Assembly: GCA_903813345.2 (NCBI GenBank)
Contig: CAIIXF020000001.1
Coordinates: 28,768,001 to 28,832,000 of the forward strand
Reading direction: 5' to 3'
Length of the DNA stretch: 64,000 nucleotides
Source of the DNA: Owenia fusiformis
Taxonomy: Eukaryota
Below are positions 54,101 through 64,000 of the stretch, piece by piece; the stretch's first letter is position 1, and every line of letters begins with the position of its first letter. A model generated the notes under the pieces. The model was not told where the DNA came from and searched no databases. It worked only from the letters and a program-made list of their open reading frames with translations. The position numbers and the translations under genes are program-made.

Positions 54101-57100
54101 AGGTGCCATGGAAGTTAACAGGAAATGACAAAACAAAAAGTGACTTGCTGGATTTTGAATTTTTTTAACCAAGATAACAAAGTTCTGTTTTGACCTCCAG
54201 TCAGTTTAACTAGTTCCAAACAGAACTCTGTTATCTTGGTTCAAAAGATTTTCAAAATCCAACATAGTTTTGTCACTTTTTGTTTTGTAATTATGTCACC
54301 ACCAAAAGTGGTGACATATTGTTATGGTCTCCGTTTTTTTTTGCGACGGCGGTTGGCGTCCGGCGGTTGGCGTCCGGCGGTTGGCGTCCGGCGGTTGGCG
54401 TCCGGCGTCTGTAACAATTTCTTACAACTTCCTATAACTTAACAAATACTGTTTAGACTGACTTCAATTTTTTTCTAAATCATCTACATGTTCTCAGAAG
54501 TTCAAATCTGACTTTAGATTTGACATTTGACCTTCAATGACCTTCTCAAGGTCAAAAAGGTCTTTTTTCAACTTGCTTCACATTGACTAAATTTTTTTTC
54601 AAAATCATCTACATGTTCTCAGAAATTCAAATCTGACTTTAGATTTGACATTTGACCTTCAAATCTGACTTTAGATTTGACATTTGACCTTCAATGACCT
54701 TCTCAAGGTCAAAAAAGGTCAAAAAGGTCTGTTTTCAACTTGCTTCAAATTGACTAAAAAATTTTTTCAAAATCATCTACGTGTTCTCAGAAATTCAAAT
54801 CTGACTTAAGATTTGACATTTGACCTTCAATGACCTTCTCAAGGTCAAAAAAGGTCAAAAAGGTATTTTTTCAACTTGCTTCAAATTGACTAAATTTTTT
54901 TTTCAAAATCATCTACATGTTCTCAGAAATTCAAATCTGACTTTAGATTTGACATTTGACTCATCGAAGTGTTCTCAGAAATTCAAATCTGACTTTAGAT
55001 TTGACTTAGGATTTGACATTTGACCTTCAATGACCTTCTCAAAGTCAAAAAAGGTCAAAAAGGTCTTTTTTCATCTTGCTTCAAATTGACTTAATTTTTT
55101 TTCAAAATCATCTACATGTTCTCAGAAATTCAAATCTGACTTAAGATTTGACTTTAGATTTGACATTTGACCTTCAAGGTCTTTTTTCAACTTGCTTCAA
55201 ATTGACTAAATCTTTTTTTCAAAATCATCTACATGTTCTCAGAAATTCAAATCTGACTTTAGATTTGACATTTGACCTTCAATGACCTTCTCAATGTCAA
55301 AATAGGTCAAAAAGGTATTTTTTCAACTTGCTTCAAATTGACTAATTTTTTTTTCAAAATCATCTACATGTTCTCAGAAATTCAAATCTGACTTTAGATT
55401 TGACATTTGACCTTTAATGACCTTCTCAAGGTCAAAAAAGGTCAAAAAGGTCTGTTTTCAACTTTCAAATTTTTTTTTCAAAATCATCTACATCTTTTCA
55501 GAAGTTCAAATTTGACTTTACAAGTTCTCAGAAATTCAAATCTGACTTAAGTTTGAACTCATAATATTGTGAGCAACTAGGTGGTGACATTTTGTCATGT
55601 TAATGCCTTGTTTCCTGTTAACTTCCATGGCACCTTAAATGAATTTGGATTTATCAGAGTCTTTTTGGTGATTTTGTCTCAAGAACTTCAAGAACATTTT
55701 TTGCTTTTTGCTTTTGTTCACTGAACATGTTGATTAAGATTGTAGTATTAGTTGTTTTTCAGGCCTTGCAAATCTTTCTTCTCACCATTTCTTAAATATT
55801 TTGGCATTCTATTGGAGAAGGAAGTTTTTTTGTCTTTTCTTCTCTTTGTCTTTTTTAAAAATGTTCCCCTGTATTTTTTCCAAAAAACTCCTTCTATTTA
55901 TAAACTGATAAACTGATGTACTGAACACTATCAAGATGTAATAGACTTGAGTCCCCCTCCAAACATATATATGAATGTCATTAAAGGGCTAATAACTGTA
56001 ATTCTCATTCTAAATAACCTTGAAATAGTTTGAATTCATAATTCATAATAATGTGTTTTACGCATTCAATTACTTAGAAATAAACCTTCTTTTTTAATTA
56101 TTGAAGCTTGAAAATAGTGTTCATGTAGAAATTGAATTAATTGCTTTTTAAAATAAAAAAATGTGCAAGTAGTTTTTTTGATTTTGGAACTTGTGATAAT
56201 GCTTACTCATGAAGGTCTGCTTACTGAACCAATATTGTAGAGATATCTGAAAAATAGGATGTACCTTGTGAGCTAGACTGTACTATGTATTAACTACATG
56301 TATGTAGGGATTTCTTGTTAAGGCTTTTATTTGAATTCTCTAAATGCATGTGTATGTGTTTTATAGGATGGAGAAGGAACGTTTGGCTGAGCAGTTGAAT
56401 GGATCCCTCAGTCCAGAACCTCTCTCAGATATACCAGACAATGAAGCAGATGAGTCTATCATAACTTTTAAAGTAATTGATTACCTGTTATTACCATTGC
56501 ACTTATTAATTACCTGTTAATACCATTGCATTTATTCATCCAAGATATCACCTTAGACGCAGGGAACCCATGTGCCTGACCAGCACCCCTGTCCACATTT
56601 GTATATATATTTTCCCTCACCTGTATACCCTTCTATAATGCTGGAAAATGATTGATGAACTCTTATTTTTGTATAGATAAATTCCAAAAAAAAATTGCAC
56701 TTATTATTTTTTTTAATTATCCTGTTATTGAAACTTCAAATGTTATTTTCAAAACAAATCTTTATGAGTTTCATATTGCAAAACAATATTAATGCCACAT
56801 TATTGAATGACCCTTAACACTTCTTATATGTTGATACTTTCAGAATCCTATGAGTTTGACATCCCCCAAGGAGCGCAATGAGGACAGCAATAGTAATAGT
56901 AAAGACAGAATAACAACTCCTGAGCCTCCCCCTCTAGGTACATAACAACTCTATTTAAGACCTATAGTGTTACCCTTTGATACTGCCCTATGGAAATCAT
57001 ATTAGCTTTAATTTAGGATTTCAATGTATGAATAGTGGAGGTATATTGAGTGAAAGTACCTTTGCACGAATTTGATAAACGCCCTGTATATCTAAACATA

Positions 57101-60100
57101 TTATGAGGTTATATAATGATTCTTTCTGTATATCTTGTTTATACTCGAGTTAGTATATTATATATTCACAAGTGAGCGTAGCGAACGAGTGAATATATTA
57201 TATTCTCACGAGAGTATGAAATGCACGATATACAGAATGAACCATTATATAATCTTATTATGCCACTCTAAGTTCAATTACAGTTGATTCGAACACAGTC
57301 ATAACAATTAAAAACCATAAATATCCCATAGCCAACTCAATAATGCTGATGTTGATCTCGAACCATTTATGACGTCACTTGATTCTAGGAAATCATGAAA
57401 ATGTTCATGATTTTTTTATTCATTAGTTCCCAGAATGCACTTCTACAGTGGTATACGCTGGAGTGTATACGGAGGAGTTGTATACGATGACGATATACCA
57501 CTCTCCACTGTATATCGTTGTTATAGACCCATGTTATACAACTGTAATTGGACTTAGAGTGGTATAATAGTAGTTATCACATTGGATTGGCTCACTATGA
57601 GCCTATATCTCAGCTCTTACGTAGAATCAATGGTATAGCCATCATGAAAACTGTAAATAGGTATTGCATGTGAACATTTTGTTCTGAACTACCAAAGTAG
57701 AAATGTTTTTACCTCAAAAAAATTGTTCTGCACCAGATACATTCCTATCCTCAAAAATGTTTCAGTCCATTGAAATATGTGATGTCATAAAAAGAGAACA
57801 ATAGACTGGGGAATCCGTATCTGTCCTACTAATTTACCCCATTAAATGAGCTATGTGAAGTCATTTAACAAAATACAATTGCTGTATCTGGGAATCACAC
57901 ATGTTTATTTGCTAGATACAGAATTTCAACTGGTATCTTTTCTAAGTGTTCTCTAACATCATTTCACTACAGCAGGTTGTTTTCTTGCAAATATTGGGTG
58001 GGATCTTTGGAGATGAAGCACATGTACACCCCCAAAATGCAATCTGATTTTCGAAGCCGTTTCGGTGCAATGGACTGACTAGTCCGGTGGCAAATTTTGG
58101 TGTCAAAAGGTTTCGGTGCCGGAACGGTGTCGAAACAGTGCCGGAACAGCGCTGAATTTTTTCGATGCCAAAACGACGCCGAATTATATTGGCTGTGCAT
58201 AAGGCCCCCAAAATGTGGCATTAGGAGATATAATACAAGAGGTCTAAACAGGTATAAGTGAACTCATAGACCCAAGCTCCCCATTGCTTTATGATGTTTG
58301 TCTCTATACTTTTCCAGCATTCCCTCTACCCAAGAATAGCCACCAGGAGACAGCACAACCTATAGAGCTTATAGAAGAGGAGTCCAGAGATCTCCCACAG
58401 GAGAACATAAAACCAAAGGAGCCACCATTCTTTCTACTTTCTGGCCTGACCCCCGAGGTATGCAAATGAATTTAATTATGAGATAGTTGTAATTTATGAG
58501 ATCATGATGATGTATATGTACTTGCAGTCTTGCAATTTTCTTCCATCAAATTATTTTATATTTTGATAACTTTCGTTAACATTTGCTACCTACATATATT
58601 TGCAGAGATTTATGCAATTATTAGTACATGTATGTTGGACACTAAATTAAAAGTGCCTTGTATTGTTTGTTTTCTGCTAGGAGAGAGATGATTACGGGGC
58701 ATTAGTTGAGCAGATAGGTGGCACTGTATCAGACTCACTGTGCTACGACCCTAGGTGCACACATCTAGTCATAGGTAACAAATGAAACTAAAAGTACTTA
58801 AGTACAATAAAACCTGTGTTAGTGAACACCTTTCTCGATAGAACACTTGTGTTTAATGAACACCACTTCAAGGTTCATTTTATATTAGTGAACACCTACT
58901 CCAGTGAACACTTTTTTGTGGATCCATAGTTGTTCACTATATACAGGTTTTACTGCATAATCTATTCTAAGAATATAAGGAGGGGAGAATGTTTGCATTG
59001 TGATCTCACTTATTGAAAACACAATTAAATCATGTGATGTGATGTGAAAAAATCAGTCCACCCCTGGGAGTTCACCCCAATGGGGAACAAGCCCATGTTA
59101 TGATATTAATTAGTATGAAAATGTATTTTGTGGAAATGTAGCTGTATGATGAAGCTGATATCTGTTTGTTCCTCCTATTCTAGGTCAGCCTACCCGTAAT
59201 GAGAAGTTTCTGTCCTGTGTGGCTGCTGGGAAATGGGTGCTGCACAAGTCTTACCTAGAGGAATGTAGGGAAGCTGGTCACTTTGTAGAGGTATGTGCAC
59301 CTGAACTCCTGAAGTAATATTCACTAGGGTGGAGGTTTATTGAGTCGGAATATGAAGGTTAACAGAGGGCATTGACAGTTATTGACTAAAATAACTGTCA
59401 ATTCAAGTATAATAATAATAACTGTTTATTCAAGTAATATAATTATTATCAAATGTTACATTTACACACTAGATACCCATAGGGGTATATCAGTTCATTA
59501 TCAAAAATTGGAAAAACCATATATTCATTTTCTTCCCATATAGCTGAAGTACAAACAAGAGTACTGAACCTTTTGTGTCAAATGTATTCTCAGCACAAAT
59601 TCTACATTGGCCTAAAGTAGAACGATATATTATATAAAGGTCAAAATGGTTTATCATTATATTTTGTTTAATTATATATGATCATATGTCCACTCCAGGA
59701 GGCAGAACATGAATGGGGGAGTGATAACACTTTAGCACTACTAGCTAACAACCCTAAGGGAGAGCAAGCAAAGAAGTTAGCACGGGCAGCTAAAAGATGG
59801 CGCAATCGATTGCAAGATGAGAATCAGAAAGGGGCATTTAGCGGATGGCGCTCAATTGTATATACCGACACCACTAAAGCTAGTGGCTTCTCTAGGCTAT
59901 TGCAAGCTGGTGGGGCAGAGGTGACAGCGACGAGACCACCATTCACACAACTCAACAATGTCTCACATGCCTTCATGGAGCTACATAAAGTCAATGAAAA
60001 GGTATGTCTTACAATAGGTCCATTGAAGTCAGTTTTACTACATTTAGTAAATGACACAATGAACAATATACATTTATGTGAACAGATGAGGCTGACAGAT

Positions 60101-60794
60101 GAAAGACAGACTTACTTCAGAAACCTCGCATCTTAATCCAATGTAGATTCTTGGGTGAGTCAAACATATCTAAAACCCTGAAAAATCATTGGTGCCTTAA
60201 CCTGTACATTTATCACTACTTTTGCAGATTGACTTGGCATTATTCCTGTCTGCAGAGGTGAAATGTTTAAAGCCTGACTACATAGCAGCCTTCCTCACTG
60301 ATGACCCTCCACCTGACACTGGAGCTCATTGTATTCCTGAGGTCTCAAAACTTAAGGCACAAATGTAAGACTTGGTTTGCTTATTGGAGGTGTTATAAAA
60401 TGTCCACCTTGTATCACCTTGGAAAATGTTAAGATCTACCTGTAGATTAGATATTGTGTTTCAATCATTTTCATCATTTCAAATTGGCATCTGGCTGTAT
60501 ACTTGCAAGTACAGAAGCAGGTTTCAAATTATATAAAGCCCTCCTCTGAACAGCAAAATTTTTCATATTGTTTTGCCATGTAATTTAAATTGGATTTTTA
60601 TCAATTGATATCTGAATGGAGTTTGTATTAGCCTATAGGTTTTTACTTCAGGTTTCAAAATAATTCACATTATTTGAGCATTTTAATTATATTCCAGGAA
60701 TAATGAAACAGAAGAGTTAAGTTTACCAAAAACCAGAAAACGTAAGCCTTCAACAGTAACGACACCTAGTGGCAAAAGGACCAGGAAACGATGA
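28575..60794 (+). CDS. TOPBP1: DNA topoisomerase 2-binding protein 1 (multi-BRCT ATR activator), about 1693 aa
   Basis: 40 phase-consistent GT-AG exons: 28575-28655, 29514-29656, 29975-30020, 30315-30401, 30582-30689, 31526-31599, 31875-32002, 32196-32261, 32488-32664, 32899-33065, 33318-33481, 33613-33735, 33971-34119, 34542-34694, 34923-35039, 35327-35436, 35811-35923, 36308-36367, 37235-37363, 37705-38122, 38486-38614, 39358-39411, 39781-39897, 40140-40298, 41099-41185, 41488-41556, 44694-45140, 45357-45439, 45780-45814, 46122-46205, 48824-48880, 49429-49498, 56367-56472, 56844-56937, 58318-58457, 58681-58774, 59184-59290, 59699-60001, 60228-60364, 60698-60794 (5082 nt). BRCT motifs: [59 protein letters not shown]-activation motif [13 protein letters not shown]. 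Basic C-terminal NLS. Small linker exons are the least certain. Confidence 0.95.
30077..30121. repeat. (TTAG)n microsatellite
   Basis: About 11 perfect TTAG units. Confidence 0.95.
30979..31145 (-). mobile_element. Degenerate foldback hairpin of the same class
   Basis: AATATAGACCATAGAGCAGG..TCGAATACACCCC ... GGGGTGTATTCGA..CTTGCTCTTGGTCTATATT; apex CCTTCAG. Confidence 0.6.
36469..36885 (+). mobile_element. Foldback element: 150-bp hairpin plus second inverted-repeat pair
   Basis: Hairpin 36469-36618 with GCGAAGC apex; TTATCCTACACTTA / TAAGTGTAGGATAA pair; internal CGGAGTATATCGTCACGATATCCTCCG x3. Confidence 0.7.
37379..37477 (+). mobile_element. Minimal array-less copy of the 54291-55612 element
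   Basis: TTATGTCACTACCAC..GTGGACAT 5' end and GGTGACATTTTGCATGTTAATGCCTTGTT 3' end. Confidence 0.6.
38666..39084. mobile_element. Palindromic MITE
   Basis: CACGCGGTCCTAACTTTGACCGTTAATTTGA ... TCAAATTAACAGTCGAAGTTAGGACCGCGTG, foldback along its whole length. Confidence 0.85.
40729..40888 (-). mobile_element. Near-perfect 160-bp hairpin of a foldback element (element probably extends left to about 40320)
   Basis: GGAATAAATAATGATAGGCCATTCAATATGGTGAAATTCAGCAC ... GTGCTGAATTTCACCATATTGAATGGCCTATCATTATTTATTCC; apex CCTTCGG. Confidence 0.75.
42791..44009 (+). CDS. Nested secreted protein: signal peptide, three-finger (LU-like) domain, chitin-binding type 2-like domain, Tyr/Lys/Pro YKAP repeats (260 aa)
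   Basis: Exons 42791-42851, 43003-43365, 43507-43653, 43798-44009 (783 nt, in phase). Signal [23 protein letters not shown]...YRGC...[24 protein letters not shown]; tail of (P/Q)(A/E)YKAP repeats. TATATA at 42725, AATAAA at 44056. Lies within TOPBP1 intron 41557-44693. Confidence 0.85.
46557..47831 (+). CDS. Nested intronless type II membrane glycosyltransferase-like protein with DxD motif (424 aa)
   Basis: Uninterrupted 424-codon ORF with an N-terminal hydrophobic anchor. Motifs [49 protein letters not shown] near 47859. Lies within TOPBP1 intron 46206-48823. Confidence 0.8.
   Translation: MSYHSLITHYILLVTCVIIWIILVWHVADLSYKHIHIDSVKPHNKSAHKEDTERIAVLVYLDYKQGGNFAIEFCTFLYASWKYVMSHSYLTDYVRFKKGVSRRCSNHTLIDLIVFCHPTTCASLPTDCLKWSTLTQFDLKWMINSSNCMYRPLPPLTQNPNYPAKYEYLNTFSFLQHMHLGDVLMRYDWILRSDTDVFLTPTLLKWRPKYNLVTGEGGYGDLFNRQRLKNISLKLNLTHRGVTNFGSTWYGRPKQFLIAAKLTLNISRYLYENEFKPNLSGLEVIFTEGTDSNGKWPMWWRPVSTMYGSELALNHLIPGINQSYKAIDLLDAFSSRRKPALLYPHIHCWHGEAEFSKHRFINNITSLLHLDKELKSDDVKNLITDNIGDKNARDMLAWEYCMYIAWNAVGNHLPHVVTAILKIG
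50398..51720 (+). mobile_element. Foldback element of the same architecture, interrupted by the 162-bp array element
   Basis: Hairpin 50398-50536; inverted pair TTTATCCTATACCAAGTAGAGTTTT (50540-50564) / AAAACTCTACTTGGCATAGGATAAA (51696-51720). Confidence 0.65.
50601..51522 (+). mobile_element. Helentron-associated non-autonomous element (HINE/DINE-like) with a 162-bp tandem array
   Basis: 5' ATCGTACCT..AGGTACGAT inverted repeat, GGCG-rich microsatellite 50649-50700, units starting 50713/50875/51037/51199/51361, 3' AGGTATGAT...ATGCCTTGTT, T-rich flanks. Confidence 0.75.
52233..53600 (-). CDS. Nested antisense type II membrane protein, beta-propeller mannosyltransferase/glycoside phosphorylase-like (455 aa)
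   Basis: Uninterrupted 455-codon ORF with a KKK + hydrophobic anchor. Motifs [36 protein letters not shown] recall GPEDPR/EKNW/RGGT of BMT (GT91)-like propellers. A minus-strand acceptor near 53734 suggests a 5'UTR intron. Lies within TOPBP1 intron 49499-56366. Confidence 0.78.
   Translation of the reverse strand: MISKKKLLGLMLIVLCGLLFTKSTERFFIYHEKQCGDSTSRNNTRSDKAINHEEQSKLILNETFKHHFELDGAVFSDKGIALSVSYVVSTSLVYSFSPRVEQSARKMYILDGRDNKLYANSPAISWFRGRLFTVLRIWLQNEAYEKAQKWPANRFQDNTLFTQQFNKFMKPLTNGSLVGMVTPKWHLGDGPIEPRLFTFRNRLLMTFNTGYISSHDSMRDFTFIMDIESNVLIRPRIHGSKPKPETRDKHWIPYIDNNELYFVHGFDPLRILKCQLGADTCDCEFEILRGNLTAEFSNVKTPLRGGTPMEKYKGSYYISITHATLYKKATSVRYYTFNVVVFCTTPKPRIVYVSGPIKIHNDLSKKYPIVRSWMIENPFVFPVGILLEDMDSVIIGGHISDHSSVLLRLTGLQAIMKTVISSDQESFKPQQGPPDYALQTYVRDAATKSEGIQFH
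54102..55634. mobile_element. TTAA-flanked palindromic MITE (Kolobok-like ends) split by the HINE-like insertion
   Basis: TTAA|GGTGCCATGGAAGTTAACAGGAAA ... TTTCCTGTTAACTTCCATGGCACC|TTAA; removing 54291-55610 restores the right arm. Confidence 0.75.
54291..55612 (+). mobile_element. HINE/DINE-like element with about 135-bp tandem array
   Basis: 5' ATGTCACCAC..GTGGTGACAT, (GGCGGTTGGCGTCC)x4 near 54347-54405, about 8 units marked by AAATCATCTACATGTTCTCAGAA, 3' GGTGGTGACAT...ATGCCTTGTT. Confidence 0.75.
57111..57569 (+). mobile_element. Foldback element of the same architecture
   Basis: Hairpin 57111-57250 with GCGTAGC apex; inverted pair 57256-57286 / 57539-57569. Confidence 0.7.
58805..58954. 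mobile_element. Short pogo/Tigger-like MITE (similar remnants near 31638-31787 and 49544-49710)
   Basis: CAATAAAACCTGTGTTAGTGAACAC ... GTTCACTATATACAGGTTTTACTG. Confidence 0.55.
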
Positions 60795-61839
60795 CAAAGC
60801 AACTCTCCATCCATCATTATAAAGAATTAATATTTTGGAGGATTTTTTCTCTGAGGTTCAGTGAATGAATACATCCAACATTTGAGTTATATTGATAAAT
60901 ATGGACAACCTGTTGTGTATGACTTTATAATCTGAAACTGCCAACCAGACAACCCAGTCACTTTTGGTGAATTTGTCGATTTAAAAATTGAAACAATTTC
61001 CATCTTTGTCAAAATCTTAGATAAATCCTTTGTTCTTTGTTTACGGTGGAGCAAAAAGTGACATGGTCAGAAGTTGAACAGATTTGTACCTTTTATTGTT
61101 ATTACCACATAAATGCGCCACATGAAGCATTAATATTTAGAAAGAAAAACATGTACATTGTCGTGGTAATGACACTGTTGGGATAGACTATAATTCATAC
61201 TGGGACATTGAAGAACTGGTTACAAAAGGTGTTCACTCGAGAGAAGTGTTAAAATTGATTATTTATGATTTAATACTACAAGACTAAATGTCTTAAATGT
61301 AATCTCTTATTTAATGATACCTTGTGGTACTGTATGTAAATATTCACATATTAGCTGTAGTAATAGTACATGTCTATAGGATGTTCAAGTGCAGTTTAAA
61401 AACTGAGATTTTTGAATTATTTCAGTTAAAGTTTGTCAAAATGAGCTTTTAAACTTTTTTTTAATAATGAACATTGATGAGCATGTTATTTAATTCTATT
61501 TTTAATTGTAAAGTTTGTACATGTATTTTATCTTTACACAATACGTTCTGTACATACTGTATATAACTGGAAGTTATCTTCTAATAAAAACATTTAACAT
61601 ATGTTATAAAGTTCTTCTGTTGCAATGATGTGATGAAATATTATGGGAATCGTTGAAAAGCCAATTTCCAGTTGTGTTTTGCCTCAGAGTTACACAGATT
61701 TTGGTAATGACACCCAGGGTTTACATGTATATTAAAATAGGTACTAAATGGATAACCCTTTGCATTCATTCGACTTCACTTCTTAAAAGAGAGCTTCGTC
61801 TTCACTCTTTCAGTTTACAATAAATCTCTGATCTCACCG

Positions 61840-62070
61840 AGCCAATCAGAGTTTGTCGTCGAAATACGGACGACTTTTTATATAGTCATTTCCTCTGATA
61901 TCCCTGCACGTATTTAGCACATGTTCCTTCCACTTCGCTGATTGGTTGAGAAAGGGTTAGCGTGGAAGATTTAAAATGATTTATTACCCGGGCTGTCACA
62001 GGCACCAATATTCGGGGCGGGGCTGCTAAATTGTAATATATTATCTATATTAGGCAGAGGGTAAGTTATT
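61840..62070. promoter_or_regulatory. Promoter-like segment downstream of TOPBP1
   Basis: GCCAATCAG near 61841, CTGATTGG near 61938, GC box GGGGCGGGG near 62014, donor-like G|GTAAGT near 62061. No linked CDS found. Confidence 0.3.
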
Positions 62071-63222
62071 GCGAGAATCTCAATTTGTGTCAAATGGAGT
62101 AATGTTTGTGAATGTTTTCAGAATTAAATATTAATCATGAATTTGCAAAATTATTTATATACCAAGGATTAAAGTATGACGATTATCAGAGATAAAGATT
62201 GGTATGAAAATGAAACCCCACAGTTAACTGCCCATTGGCTTTAAAAACTGCAGAAATCTGGTATTTTGGATTGCCTCATTGGCACTGTGCCCACATATTA
62301 GTAATAAAAAAAATCAATAAAAAGAACTAATTGTAGTTTGTGGTATGTACATTATATATGCTATATATTCAGGTCTTTATTTCTAAAATGTACATGAAAA
62401 CATACATATAATCATCCAGACATACAGGTATAATTCACATAATAAGATTTTCAAAAGATTGTTCTTATTAATCTACAAATACAGTTGTATATACAGGAAG
62501 GAAATAAAAAACAGTTACATGTATAACCAGAATATCAACATACAGATGTATAAATGCATCTGCTAATATCATGAATATATCATTATTTCTACAAAATATC
62601 TCATAATTTCTTATACAAAAAATATCACAGTATAAATATTAAACAAATATTTAATTCTATTGAGGTGAATACCTGTGGATCTTTGGATATTCCAGGAAGC
62701 CAAAAGGCTAGTGGAGTATCACCTTGTGAAGGTATTCACCGAAAACAGAATCAAATATTTGTTTCATTATTCACTGTTATATTCCTCACTCACATTAATG
62801 GAATAACAAACTATCGATGTCTAATTAATCATAACAATGTACTCCTGGGGATATATAAAATTAAAATTACACTGGACTAAGTTGAGACAGGTGAATATTA
62901 TTTGATATTCAACTGAAGTCATGACTTCACTGAGAGTGAGGAATATGACAGTGATATAATAATATAGTACTAACATATTCCAACAAGGCATTAACATGCA
63001 AAATATCACTACCTGCCATTTGTTCCAGATGCTGTAATTTGTTACAGACTCCACACTTGTGGTTACATAAAAATGAAAACATGATTTAGGTCATGATCCT
63101 TTATTTATTACCTTGACAGGTTTCTACTCTCCTGACATGCTATGACAAATATGTCATGAAATTCAAAACCTGAGATTTTTTTCAAAAGTGACACTAAAGT
63201 ATTACAAATGCTTACATGATTA

Positions 63223-63326
63223 GAAATGTCACAATCACTAAAACAATTGAATTGGAAATGTCACAATCACTAAAACAATTGAATTGGAAATGTCACAATC
63301 ACTAAAACAATTGAATTGGAAATGTG
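63223..63326. repeat. Tandem repeat, about 33-bp unit x3
   Basis: GAAATGTCACAATCACTAAAACAATTGAATTG repeated three times. Confidence 0.9.
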
Positions 63327-64000
63327 TAATGGAGTATGTATAACTTGTAATGAGTAACAACCTAGCCCATCTATCATATATGTATATGTACATTAGAATA
63401 AGAATAAAATCCTTGATCTATGACTTATGACAAATATATGATCTTAGATTTTATTCTACCTATTATGCAAAAGATGATGGATGAACAAAGATGATAAGCT
63501 CTGTTAACCCCCTCCCATCCCTATCTATCATCATACAATACATGACTACATTCATTTGTATAGACCGGGTATATCAAAATGAAGCTGTACAAGCCTATAA
63601 TATAAATTTTATATCAGCAACAGACACTGATCAGTGCTCCATACAACCCCCACAAACCATAACAAACTGGGTAACTGTTACTCCAAGTAAATGTATGGAG
63701 TACAAGCCATTTCTTGGAAGTTTTCTATAACATAGTATACACATAATATAATTTAACAAGAGAATATTAGAAAAATATTAGCTTATATCACTGCACACTG
63801 CAAGTTGATTGTCTCATAAATAGTACTTGGGTTTTATTTTGGCTAAAAGCATTTACAGTAAAGTAGCAACAAAGACCAGAGAGTATAAAACACTGGAAGC
63901 AATGTATGACAATCTTATTAGAAACTTACTTTCAATTCATCTCTCATCTTTGTTAACCCTTTAAGACATGTAAGATATGTTCATTAAATGTTACACAGTT

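Noticed and set aside
57942-58221. GC-rich segment with two minus-strand ORFs
   Set aside because: No motif or splice fit; probably a TE fragment whose ends I cannot define.
62300-64000. Possible 3'UTR of a minus-strand gene beyond the window
   Set aside because: Only composition and TTTATT signals; no coding exon visible.

Overview
AT-rich animal genomic DNA with GT-AG introns, probably a marine invertebrate (lophotrochozoan-like; this is inference). I traced six protein-coding genes by hand. (1) An AZI2/NAP1-TBKBP1/SINTBAD-like TBK1 adaptor (+, 3 coding exons, 868 aa) that also carries a UIM-like helix, two UBZ-type zinc fingers and a C-terminal LIR-like motif. (2) Rheb (-, 8 exons, 182 aa, CAAX = CVIS). 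(3) TOPBP1 (+, 40 coding exons, about 1693 aa), head-to-head with Rheb. Three further genes are nested in TOPBP1 introns: (4) a same-strand secreted protein with a three-finger-like domain, a chitin-binding domain and YKAP repeats; (5) a same-strand intronless DxD glycosyltransferase-like ORF; (6) an antisense beta-propeller mannosyltransferase-like ORF. The introns hold MITEs, a decayed Tc1/mariner, Helentron-type elements with satellite arrays nested in other elements, and a foldback family with GNA-triloop apexes and CGAG/CGAG mismatches. There is also a 134-bp copy of the Rheb start region and two NF-kB motif clusters. Family assignments come from recalled motifs, not database searches.
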